From: a virus
Taxonomy: Duplodnaviria > Heunggongvirae > Uroviricota > Caudoviricetes
DNA length: 64,000 nucleotides
Strand: one strand, 5' to 3'
Virus record (IMG/VR): IMGVR_UViG_3300042923_001771
Coordinates: 64,001 to 128,000 of that record
Shown here piece by piece: positions 39,101 to 48,067 of this stretch. The notes below the pieces were generated by a model that was given only the letters and a program-made list of their open reading frames with translations, was not told the DNA's origin and ran no database searches. A program made the position numbers and the translations under genes. The first letter of the stretch is position 1. Each line of letters opens with the position of its first letter.

Positions 39101-41008
39101 ATGAAAATGAAATCACTTAGTGAAATTGCGTTCAATCTAATTACTCATATACATGATACTTTACCTGAGGTTGATACCAAGGAAGGTACCTTTGTTCGTG
39201 ATGTTTTTATTGATCCAATAGCAACAGAAATCGCTTCTTTATATAGAGAATCAAAATTAGTTGAGTTAGCGCAGTCAATCTTGACAGCTTCTGACGGTGA
39301 CTTAGATAAACTAGCAAAAAACTATTTTATTGAAAGAAAAGGTGCAACTCAATCTTCTGGTAAACTACGTTTTTATCTTGGTTTTGCTGAGCCGTCTCAA
39401 GACGTTATTATTCCAAGAGGAACGCTTTCTACTACTATAAATAAAGCCACAACGGATCCAAAGCAATATGCTACAACGGAAACGATAACTATTATAGCTG
39501 GCAATCCAAGTACGTATCATAAGGATATATTTACCAATCAATGGTATGTTGACGCGGACGCTGTTTCACAAAAGAGTGGAACACTTCACAACGCTGATGC
39601 TGGTACAATTGTTCAAATTGCAAGTACATTGGACAGTATGGTTACTGGTGTATCTAATCCATTTTCATTTACTGGTGGTTCTGATCGTGAAGATGATGCA
39701 AGCTTAATTCTTCGAATGTCACTAGTTGTTAGTGGTTCCAACATTGGTACAAAGGATGGTTATAAATCATTCGTCTTGAGTCAATCTGACGTTGCCGATG
39801 CTATCGTAATTGGCGCAGGAGAACCACTAATGAAACGTGATGATGGTGAAGGTGGAATGGTTGATATCTACGTAAGAGCAGAACAATCAGACGAAGATAG
39901 ATTCAACTTCAATATTGATTATGAGTATATTACAGATAATAGTTTAAGAGACGCTTATCCCGATATAATGCTTCGTAAACAACCTGTTTTGAGTATAAAT
40001 GATATTTCTGGCACTTATCCCGATCCAACTTCTGAAACAGGCTTCACGAAAAAATCTTATATTAATGGTTCGAACTTTAAGATTGAAAAAGGAACTAGTA
40101 AGTATTTTCAAGATATTTATTATGATACTGCGTTTGTTGACGTTCCTTTGACTGATTTAGAAGATGATGAGTTACTAAAAGCTCAAGCTACTAATTCTTT
40201 GAATGCTAAATTAAAAAGATTTTTAACTGTAAAAGACGCAAATGATAATGTTTATTACGATAGAACTATAGCCAATCTCAAATACGATACAGATTTCAGT
40301 CTTATTGACGCAAGTCAAGATCACGTTTTACCAACTGATGTAGATTTCTATAGAGGATACTATAGTGATGGATTAATCTATGTATTACTTTCAAAATCCG
40401 ATGCAAGCAATCCATATGTTGGTGGTAGATATTTTGTTCAAAAAGATGGAAAATTATTTGAAAGAACATATCATCAACCCGATTTTATTGTAGTTAAAGA
40501 TGTCAGTGTTGTTGGAAATAGTGTTAATTCTAAAGATGCAATACGCTGGACACCAGACGCTACAAGAAGTAATCTACCTAGAGTTGATGAAGTGTTGACA
40601 ATAATATATACTTTCAATAGTATTATTTCAGAATTGCAAGATAAAATTGAATCAAAACGAGTTCTAACTGCCGATGTACTACTTAAGGGAGCTTCAAGAG
40701 TACCTATTGAAATTAAACTCGACATTGTACCAGATATTGGTTACAGTAAAGACGTTATTAGAAAATCAATAATTAGTAAATTGACTAGTTATATAAATGA
40801 TCAAACTAAGATGGGTGGAATTGTTGACCGTTCCGATATTGTCTTTATTGCTAGAGGAACTGAAGGCATTGATGCAGTTAACTTGGATAGCGTATATCTA
40901 GCCGTTGAAGACGGTGCTCCGATACATCAAATTAGTCTAAACAAATTTGAATATATGCAATTAGTTAATACTTACATTAATGTAATGTCTGCAGGGACTG
41001 TAGTCTAA
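39101..41008 (+). CDS. baseplate J-like protein
   Basis: DTKEGTFVRDVF, DLDKLAKNYFIERK, FTGGSDREDDASLILR, GTEGIDAV. Confidence 0.85.
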   Translation: MKMKSLSEIAFNLITHIHDTLPEVDTKEGTFVRDVFIDPIATEIASLYRESKLVELAQSILTASDGDLDKLAKNYFIERKGATQSSGKLRFYLGFAEPSQDVIIPRGTLSTTINKATTDPKQYATTETITIIAGNPSTYHKDIFTNQWYVDADAVSQKSGTLHNADAGTIVQIASTLDSMVTGVSNPFSFTGGSDREDDASLILRMSLVVSGSNIGTKDGYKSFVLSQSDVADAIVIGAGEPLMKRDDGEGGMVDIYVRAEQSDEDRFNFNIDYEYITDNSLRDAYPDIMLRKQPVLSINDISGTYPDPTSETGFTKKSYINGSNFKIEKGTSKYFQDIYYDTAFVDVPLTDLEDDELLKAQATNSLNAKLKRFLTVKDANDNVYYDRTIANLKYDTDFSLIDASQDHVLPTDVDFYRGYYSDGLIYVLLSKSDASNPYVGGRYFVQKDGKLFERTYHQPDFIVVKDVSVVGNSVNSKDAIRWTPDATRSNLPRVDEVLTIIYTFNSIISELQDKIESKRVLTADVLLKGASRVPIEIKLDIVPDIGYSKDVIRKSIISKLTSYINDQTKMGGIVDRSDIVFIARGTEGIDAVNLDSVYLAVEDGAPIHQISLNKFEYMQLVNTYINVMSAGTVV

Positions 41009-41030
41009 AAGGATAAAGGAGGGAGGATAA

Positions 41031-43331
41031 ATGAGTAATTATGAAAAGAGACAGGGATACGTAGAAGATGTAATGCAAAGTTTAATCGGAAACCTTCCTT
41101 CGTCTTATAATAAAGAGGTTGGTGATACCAACTTCTATAAGCTACTTCGAGCAGTAACACAAGAACTTGCCGATGCTGAAATAGCAATAGACGAAGTCCG
41201 TGATAATATCTATTTAGATTCTGTTACTGGAGAATCTATCTACAATAACTTTGGTGTTTTCGTTAAACTACAAAAGAGAGCTGAGTGGAGTGAAGATAAA
41301 TATAGAGCGCTTATCAAAGGTGTTATGCAGGCTCTATTAAAAGGCCCCAATAAGCAAAATCTCTTGCAAGCCTTTCAAATGTTCACTCAGTTTGACGTTA
41401 AAGTATTCGAACTTTACAAAGATAAAGAATTCGTTGACCCTGAAATATATAAAGGCTACAACCCTAAATATACGTTCTTATTGCAAATTGAAAAACCTCT
41501 TGATGCCAATGTTGATGCAGGCACTTTGATCGATGATGCAAACTACATTGTTAACATAATTAAACCAGCTCATACAATCGGTATTCATATCATTAACCTT
41601 CGTGGTGAAGAAGACTTTAAACAATATTATGGCGTTGAAAAAAAAATAGCAGATTTAGCAAAACAAATTCAAACTGGAAAAGTTGAAGAAAAAACTGATG
41701 AATGGATTTCACAACACATCAATCAATTAATTGCTGATTATGCTGCAAATAATAATGTTGAATTATCTATAGCTACTGATGAAATCTATATGCAAAATCA
41801 TGGCATGAATAAACAAGATTACGAAGCAAACGCATTGGCAAGAGCTGAGACCTTGTATGATAATTATATTAAAAGTTTCCAAACCAATCCTTATGATCTA
41901 AATGAAAATGATTGCATAATACCAGTACTGCAACTTGATTATTTTAAAAAAATTGCAACTGCAGAACTTCGTGGTACTTTAGATACTCAATTTTTAAATG
42001 GATTAAAGGATACTCACTATGAAGAATCATTAAGCGGCTTAACGATAACACAACTCAACATAATAATTAACAACAGAAAAAATGAGTTGATTAATAGTTA
42101 TATAGCAAACGCCCATGATCCAAATGATTATACAGATGCTGAATGGAACCAGAAAGCTGTACAAAGCCTTAAAAATGATGCTATCTTAAACGCAATTATC
42201 AATGCTCTAGGTGGAAAAGTCAATCTATTTAATGAATGCAAGGCAGAAGCAGAAGAATATAGAGATGAGTTTGAACAAAAATACACAGATCATCCAAATT
42301 ATTGCGGTATGGATAAAATATATGTTGAAACAAACAACTTGAATAGAGAAAATTCATATGGATGGAAAAGCTTAACGTACCTTGGACAATTTTACACATC
42401 AACATCTTTTGATAAATCGAAAATTGGTGGCACTGACTTAATTGGTCCAAGATATACTTTGTATGATAATTCTAACGAAGCTTTTGAACAGGCAAGTGTA
42501 GAAAGAATTAGACTGCAACTTTCTCCCTTTATCCTCAATAAATCTGAAACTTTAAATGCTGTTTTGGTTTTACCAGACGAAGACTCTTTAGGTATAGTTG
42601 CTCTTGGTTATAGTGAGGAAAAATTTAATACTTCTCTAGATGAAATTGGAACTGCTGATCTTGAACTGTCTGAGAGTTACGACAACAATTTAGATACTCA
42701 ATTAGATGTCGAATTTGAAACAAAAGAAGACATTCTCATAAAAGATACAATGACTGAAACTACATCACAACAACTTGAACATAATGATGTTTATGACACG
42801 GAATCAAAAACTGCAGATAGTGATACTAACGTCTTAGATAAAGTTTCTACTGAACAATTTGTTTCGCCTGTAGACAATCTTATCTCAATCAGGGTTTCAA
42901 ATGAAGAATTAATTGAATATTCCAAAACACAAACGCTATTCCAACTTAATAGTACGTCTCAAACAAATTTAAGGGTAGATCAACTTGGCTTAACACAAAA
43001 AGATTTGTATTCTAGTGAATTTGAAGTTGCTGAAAATGTCGACATAAAAGCTATAATCATAGAAGCTGATGATTTCAATGCAAACGAAATTCAAGAAAAT
43101 GTAGATATAAAAACAAGAACAACTGATTCTTTTGTATTTAACGAAGTAATGTTTGAAGAAACAATAAGTTTTGCAAGTAGAATTGTAGGCTTTTCACTGA
43201 ATAATCCTACTGATACTATCAATACAGCAACTAATACGTTATCAATTACAACTATGGACTCAGGTCTTGGTGTTCTTTTTAGAATTGATGGTGAAGGAAA
43301 TGAAACAATTATTGAGCAAAGGGCAATTTAA
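41031..43331 (+). CDS. baseplate wedge protein (gpI/gp7-like N-terminus) with a long acidic extension
   Basis: LPSSY...FYKLLRAV...IYLDSVTG...NFG and IIKPAHT; follows baseplate J. Confidence 0.6.
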   Translation: MSNYEKRQGYVEDVMQSLIGNLPSSYNKEVGDTNFYKLLRAVTQELADAEIAIDEVRDNIYLDSVTGESIYNNFGVFVKLQKRAEWSEDKYRALIKGVMQALLKGPNKQNLLQAFQMFTQFDVKVFELYKDKEFVDPEIYKGYNPKYTFLLQIEKPLDANVDAGTLIDDANYIVNIIKPAHTIGIHIINLRGEEDFKQYYGVEKKIADLAKQIQTGKVEEKTDEWISQHINQLIADYAANNNVELSIATDEIYMQNHGMNKQDYEANALARAETLYDNYIKSFQTNPYDLNENDCIIPVLQLDYFKKIATAELRGTLDTQFLNGLKDTHYEESLSGLTITQLNIIINNRKNELINSYIANAHDPNDYTDAEWNQKAVQSLKNDAILNAIINALGGKVNLFNECKAEAEEYRDEFEQKYTDHPNYCGMDKIYVETNNLNRENSYGWKSLTYLGQFYTSTSFDKSKIGGTDLIGPRYTLYDNSNEAFEQASVERIRLQLSPFILNKSETLNAVLVLPDEDSLGIVALGYSEEKFNTSLDEIGTADLELSESYDNNLDTQLDVEFETKEDILIKDTMTETTSQQLEHNDVYDTESKTADSDTNVLDKVSTEQFVSPVDNLISIRVSNEELIEYSKTQTLFQLNSTSQTNLRVDQLGLTQKDLYSSEFEVAENVDIKAIIIEADDFNANEIQENVDIKTRTTDSFVFNEVMFEETISFASRIVGFSLNNPTDTINTATNTLSITTMDSGLGVLFRIDGEGNETIIEQRAI

Positions 43332-43508
43332 ACTAACTCATTGTAATATTAAGCGTCATATGTCATATAGCATATATGACGTTTAAATTTGTTAATAGAA
43401 TTTGACAAGATAAAATAATTTGACTTTCTAGTTCTATTAAAATATTGAAATTGCATAACAGTATTTTTTGATATAGTATTGCTTTGATAAAAAGAGAGGT
43501 GTTTAATT

Positions 43509-44411
43509 ATGAAAAGTACCGAAGAATTCAAACAACCGACCGGATATATCGGCATGATTCTTCATAAAGGTGGAGAATGGAACGCGGAAACTCAATCGCT
43601 CACTCCCGATGCTGAAATAATCGAAAAATTAGAATTTAAAAACTTAATCGTAAACTCTGCTTCCACGTTAATGGCTCAGAGACTGGCTCCAAGTTCTAGC
43701 ACCAGCACAGTAACTCCCGGTAACTTTATCGCTAATGGATTACAATACTTAGCTGTTGGTCAAGGTGTACAAGAATCCGGCCAAAGTGGTTTTGATTTCA
43801 TGAATCCACAACCAGCTGCAGTTACTAACGTAAAATTAAGAGATGAATTATTTAGAAAAACATTTACAAGTTGGTCATTCATTGATCAAGGTACAGGTGC
43901 TAGTGTTTCTAGTGCTACAAACATCGTTCAAGTTGTTACAACTTTCCTTGAAGCTGAAGCAGTTGGACCTATCGTTGAAATGGGTCTTTATGGTGGTAAT
44001 GCTACAGCAACTAAAGACTCTGGATTTATGTTCAACTACAAAACTTTTCCCGTGTGGAACAAGCCCGCTGATGCTCGATTGATTGTTAGTCGAGTAGCTT
44101 AAGTAATTAAGCTAGAGAAAATTGGGTGAATTGCTGGAAACTCCTTAAGCTCTTAATACCACAACACAACTGGAAACGGTAAATGTGAGGGTTTGAAAAA
44201 TTAAGAGATTGGACAATCAGCAGCCGAGCTCCTATAAGGAAACTTTGGAGAAGGTTCAACGACTAGGCTCAACCTAAAGCGAAAGCAATGGTGATGATGC
44301 CACAGCGCCCAGCCCCTACAAGTAAAGTTGAGGGTGATGATATAGTCTGGCTTTTATCGAAAGATAAAAGATGTTACTAACGTAACGATCACGTGGAAGT
44401 TGACATTTTAA
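43509..44411 (+). CDS. tail-fibre-proximal/baseplate protein, spliced: exon 1 43509-44079, exon 2 44383-44411 (199 aa)
   Basis: KNLIVNSA...YLAVGQG...ELFRK...EMGLYGG...FNYKTFP resembles a gpH N-terminal-type domain. Splicing gives the C-terminus NKPADARLTITWKLTF*. Confidence 0.75.
44080..44382 (+). ncRNA. group I self-splicing intron, 303 nt, no homing-endonuclease ORF
   Basis: P1 CUCGAU/GUCGAG with U.G at the 5' splice site; P10 UGAUUGUUA pairs with exon UAACGAUCA; P2 44095-44114; P3 GGGUG/CGCCC; P4 UUGCUGGA/UCAGCAG; P7 GACUA 44261-65 with UAGUC 44343-47; P9 CUUUUAUC-GAAA-GAUAAAAG; terminal G at 44382. Confidence 0.92.
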
Positions 44412-44639
44412 TCGTCAAAAAGAAGAGGTGTTTACACTTCTTCTTTTTTTGTTTATAATATTATTATGAGAGAAAAATGTAGAATTTGTGATAAAGAATA
44501 TACAATACTTAATAGACGAAAACCTTCAAGGGATGTTTGGAGTTGACCAATATGGACAAAAGAAATAATGACGTCAAATTAAAGAGTGGGAATAATTTTC
44601 CACTCTTTTTTTATGTTTAGAGAGAAGGGAGATGATATT

Positions 44640-45092
44640 TTGAAACGTTTAATTAGAAAAGCAGAACAGTTAGATGTATACAATAGAGATGCAGCGATTG
44701 CATATATAAATGGTCAAGTATTTTTGGCAGATACCCATGCTCAATGTGTTGGCCTTTATTTAGATGAAGTTGACAGTGATAAAGATCTTGACAATTATCA
44801 AAATAGACCAAGTGATAGTCAATTAGAGCAAGTTGATGTTAAAAGAATTGCATTTGCCCATTTGTTAGAAAAAGCAAAAGGAATTGATTATAAGGGTCTT
44901 ATAGTATTGCAACCTGGGATATATGTAGAATCAATTACATTGATGAATGTTACGATGGACGAAGTTACAAACACTATAAAACAATCTTATCCGCAGTATG
45001 ATGTTTTTGAAATCGATGGCAATATAACTTCAAAAGAAGACGTTAAGAAATTAGCAGGATTATTATTAAATAAGAAGGAGTTGATAAAATGA
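44640..45092 (+). CDS. protein with MKRLIRKA leader and one copy of a repeated domain
   Basis: AAGGGAG RBS before TTG 44640; RDAAIAYING...TH...AFAHLLE...GIY...YDVF. Confidence 0.65.
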   Translation: MKRLIRKAEQLDVYNRDAAIAYINGQVFLADTHAQCVGLYLDEVDSDKDLDNYQNRPSDSQLEQVDVKRIAFAHLLEKAKGIDYKGLIVLQPGIYVESITLMNVTMDEVTNTIKQSYPQYDVFEIDGNITSKEDVKKLAGLLLNKKELIK

Positions 45093-45973
45093 AGAGACTA
45101 ATTAAAAAAGCATTTTTATCTTTTGGAGAAGCATTAGACGAGAAAAAGTGGGATGGTACAAAATCTTCACTCAATGAAATAAAGAAAACTGCTTCCGATT
45201 TGGTTGAAGAGTGTGAATTGAGTAATGATGAATCAGATGATGGATATCATATGGATTGTCCTTCGATTTCAGATATGTATATTAGAGCGCTTGTTACACA
45301 ATCGGATGAGTTATATGTATGGATGGATTTATTCAAAGAGCACATTGATGTCGTTGAAGATTTAGGTTACTCACTTGGAGATTGTGTGCATTTAATGATA
45401 AATTACAATGATGGAACAATCGATCTTGAGTATCCAAGAAGTGGAAAAACTATAGAGGAAGAGAAAGAAGATGTGCAAGAATTGTTACCAGAATGGGTAA
45501 TTAATACAAAAGCTCAAATATCTTTTCCGGGTTTAAATGCATCAATAACAAGTAGATTGAAAAAGATTGCTTTTGGAGGGTTTGACATTGGTTCTCGAGA
45601 TTCAGCTATTTCTTATATAAATGGGAAAGTATACGAAACCTACACTCATGCAGAAGCGGTTCAAGAATACGCAAATGAAACAAATAATGAGTTTGAAAAC
45701 GAAGATGGTATGAGACCGAACAAGTGGGAAATGAATGATGCTGGTGTAAATTCGCATGCATTTGCTCATTTGCTTGAAGGTGGAAATGAAGAAGAAGATG
45801 ACGAAGGAAACGTATATGAAACAGAACGCGGAATATACATAGATGTTGATACTATATCAGGTGTTAGCATCGAACAAGTAGCTCAAGCAATAAAAAATGA
45901 GTATTCTGATTATGATGTCTTTTCATATGAACCATCTGGTCCGGAAGGCAAAAATTACACAAAGATTGCATAA
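45089..45973 (+). CDS. acidic protein with MKRLIKKA leader; C-terminal domain paralogous to 44640-45092
   Basis: RDSAISYING...TH...AFAHLLE...GIY...YDVF; internal TSRLKKIA motif. Confidence 0.65.
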   Translation: MKRLIKKAFLSFGEALDEKKWDGTKSSLNEIKKTASDLVEECELSNDESDDGYHMDCPSISDMYIRALVTQSDELYVWMDLFKEHIDVVEDLGYSLGDCVHLMINYNDGTIDLEYPRSGKTIEEEKEDVQELLPEWVINTKAQISFPGLNASITSRLKKIAFGGFDIGSRDSAISYINGKVYETYTHAEAVQEYANETNNEFENEDGMRPNKWEMNDAGVNSHAFAHLLEGGNEEEDDEGNVYETERGIYIDVDTISGVSIEQVAQAIKNEYSDYDVFSYEPSGPEGKNYTKIA

Positions 45974-46083
45974 TATTGAAGGAGTTAATAGAAAAAAGAA
46001 AGTGTTTAGATTGAACTTCTAAAAAAATTGGGTATAAAATTATCATCTTTTTAATATTATTTTAAAATAAAGGAGATGATTTT

Positions 46084-46614
46084 TTGAGAAGACTGATTAG
46101 GGCTGACGAAAATGCTGATGTTCAAGTTGAAGTTTTACCGATGAACGTTAATGATAGTGAAGATGGACATTTTGAATCATATAAACTGGTAGCCAATATT
46201 GATGGCCAAGATGTTGGTTTTCTAATGTTATTTGCATATGAAAATTATGATGGTGGACAAGTTTCTTGGAGATTTAAGGGAAAAACAGTTTCATTACTTT
46301 ATTTTGAAGATTTCGAAGTCGATAAAAATCAAAGAGGTAAGGGTATATCTAACGAAATATTGAAAAAACTTGGTGAGTTGTATGCTGAAAAGTTTCAAGG
46401 TTGGCCTTTATTTAATTTCTATTTAAATCCTATAGCTGAATATGCAGTTTTAAATGCTATTTCAAAAGGCTGGTTACCTCAAGAAGCTTTAATAGAAGAA
46501 TATGCTGATCGTGGTTCAGGTTATTATGGTGCTGATGCAAATAAATTAGTTCAAGATTTGAGAAACAAACTGCCACAAGATTATAGAGGTAGATTTGCTC
46601 CTGAGTTTAATTAA
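46084..46614 (+). CDS. GNAT-family acetyltransferase with MRRLIRA leader
   Basis: Motif A FEVDKNQRGKGISNEIL; preceding strands DGQDVGFLML and LLYFEDF. Confidence 0.6.
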   Translation: MRRLIRADENADVQVEVLPMNVNDSEDGHFESYKLVANIDGQDVGFLMLFAYENYDGGQVSWRFKGKTVSLLYFEDFEVDKNQRGKGISNEILKKLGELYAEKFQGWPLFNFYLNPIAEYAVLNAISKGWLPQEALIEEYADRGSGYYGADANKLVQDLRNKLPQDYRGRFAPEFN

Positions 46615-46664
46615 TTTAAAACATAAGTATTAAAGTAGAGGAATTAAAATTCCTCTACTTTTTT

Positions 46665-46690
46665 CATATTATACACTATATAATTATTAT
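46665..46690 (+). promoter_or_regulatory. 26-bp motif CATATTATACAY-N4-TAATTATTAT, copy 1
   Basis: CATATTATACAC-TATA-TAATTATTAT between a terminator T-run and an RBS. Confidence 0.7.
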
Positions 46691-46707
46691 GTATATGAGG
46701 TGTATGT

Positions 46708-47157
46708 ATGAATTTTGTAGAAAATATTGATAATCAGATAGATAGTTTAAGTGCTAAAATTAAAGAATTAAATAAGACGAGAAATTTGATAAATGTTTTT
46801 CCGGATATTAGAGAAATACAAAATAGATGGAAGACAAAATTTTATACTTCGTTAAAAGTAAATGCAATAGCAACTAATGTCACATTCAGTTATACTTGTG
46901 GTTGTTGTAATGATGCTCCATTGTTAGCTCGGTTTTATGTTGTTTATGATGGCATTGAAGTGAATGCAGATCCGTATACTATCGCTATTGGTGAGAAAAA
47001 CATTTGTGGTTATGGTGATATTCCAAACGTTGGTTGGAGAGATAAACTGATTGAGCATAACATTAATCCTGCGTTGTTTAGTGAAGTAGAGAAGTATTTT
47101 GCAGAAAACCCTCCTGAAAGTTATGAAGATATTGACGAAGAATGGGAGAACCTTTAA
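46708..47157 (+). CDS. hypothetical protein (CGCC motif)
   Basis: GAGGTG RBS. Confidence 0.6.
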   Translation: MNFVENIDNQIDSLSAKIKELNKTRNLINVFPDIREIQNRWKTKFYTSLKVNAIATNVTFSYTCGCCNDAPLLARFYVVYDGIEVNADPYTIAIGEKNICGYGDIPNVGWRDKLIEHNINPALFSEVEKYFAENPPESYEDIDEEWENL

Positions 47158-47158
47158 T

Positions 47159-47410
47159 ATGAATCTAATTGAAGAAATTAACAAGATTTTAGAAGAGCAT
47201 GAGCGAAATGAAGTCGTTGAGGGTGAAGTAGAAATAATTAAAGAAGTTGAAGGCTATAAGTTATTTCTTGTACGCACTAACTTTGAAGGGTATTTTGGCG
47301 TTGTTGATTCGGAAGGTTGGGTACATTTTGCAGGTAGTGAAAATGAAGGCTTAGACCATGGCTACCAAAATGAATTCAACGTAGACCAATATGGTAAAGT
47401 GGGGAAATAG
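47159..47410 (+). CDS. hypothetical protein
   Basis: GGGAGA RBS before ATG 47159. Confidence 0.55.
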   Translation: MNLIEEINKILEEHERNEVVEGEVEIIKEVEGYKLFLVRTNFEGYFGVVDSEGWVHFAGSENEGLDHGYQNEFNVDQYGKVGK

Positions 47411-47412
47411 CG

Positions 47413-47544
47413 ATGGGAGATAGAGAGTGTCCAAATTGCGAAGAAGATTCTTTAGTTGAAGAGAGTTTATCAAAGTGGAAATGTTTAATTTGTAAAGAGG
47501 TTTTTGATGAAGCGTTTTTAGATCCTGAGGAGGATGAACAGTAA
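47413..47544 (+). CDS. 43-aa zinc-ribbon peptide (not in ORF track)
   Basis: Manual translation MGDRECPNCEEDSLVEESLSKWKCLICKEVFDEAFLDPEEDEQ*; stop overlaps the next ATG (TAATG). Confidence 0.6.
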   Translation: MGDRECPNCEEDSLVEESLSKWKCLICKEVFDEAFLDPEEDEQ

Positions 47545-47927
47545 TGTCAAATTTAACAGAAGAAAATAGACAATTATTTGAACAATTGCAGAATGCTTTT
47601 TTAGAGTCATCTATTACTCCAGATATTGAAGCAACGATAAAAAGTGCAGTAAGTAGACGCGTTGAAAGAACACATCCAGATATATTAAAGGAAGTCAAGG
47701 TTACGATGAGACAAGAGAAGGCAGAGAAAGTATCTGCTTATATTGATGTTATGAATGTTAAGTTAATTTTAGACGAAAGCAAACATATAATGGCAACAAT
47801 GTTGGATGAATTAAGGGGTAATTTGGACGAAATAGAAGTAATGAGATTATTAAAGGGAAACGCTAATCTTTACCGAGTAACTACTAGGATGAATTTAAAG
47901 ATAGAAGTAGATATAGTCAGTGAATGA
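47544..47927 (+). CDS. hypothetical protein
   Basis: GAGGAGG RBS. Confidence 0.6.
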   Translation: MSNLTEENRQLFEQLQNAFLESSITPDIEATIKSAVSRRVERTHPDILKEVKVTMRQEKAEKVSAYIDVMNVKLILDESKHIMATMLDELRGNLDEIEVMRLLKGNANLYRVTTRMNLKIEVDIVSE

Positions 47928-47981
47928 TGAAAAGGTAGGAGGTTAAATACTCCTTCTTTTTTTATGTATAATGAAAAAATG

Positions 47982-48010
47982 TTTACGTGTCAATATAATG
48001 GTGATATAAT
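47982..48010 (+). promoter_or_regulatory. sigmaA-type promoter with extended -10
   Basis: TTTACG, 17-bp spacer, TG-A-TATAAT. Confidence 0.7.
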
Positions 48011-48067
48011 ATAAATAGGTGGAATCGTTCACACCGTGATCAGAACACAACAAGAGGAGGATTCTGA

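Noticed and set aside
21158-44411. Interpretation as an eCIS or tailocin rather than a phage
   Set aside because: Head-tail adaptor and closure-like genes, a 2231-aa tape measure with a G/G-T frameshift and a large phage-type accessory region argue for a phage. No eCIS AAA ATPase or DUF4157 gene was recognised. Capsid genes are not in the window, so this is not formally excluded.
44466-44546. 26-codon ORF MREKCRICDKEY... after the intron-containing gene as an intron homing endonuclease
   Set aside because: It lies outside the intron, is too short and has no nuclease motif; at most a decayed remnant.
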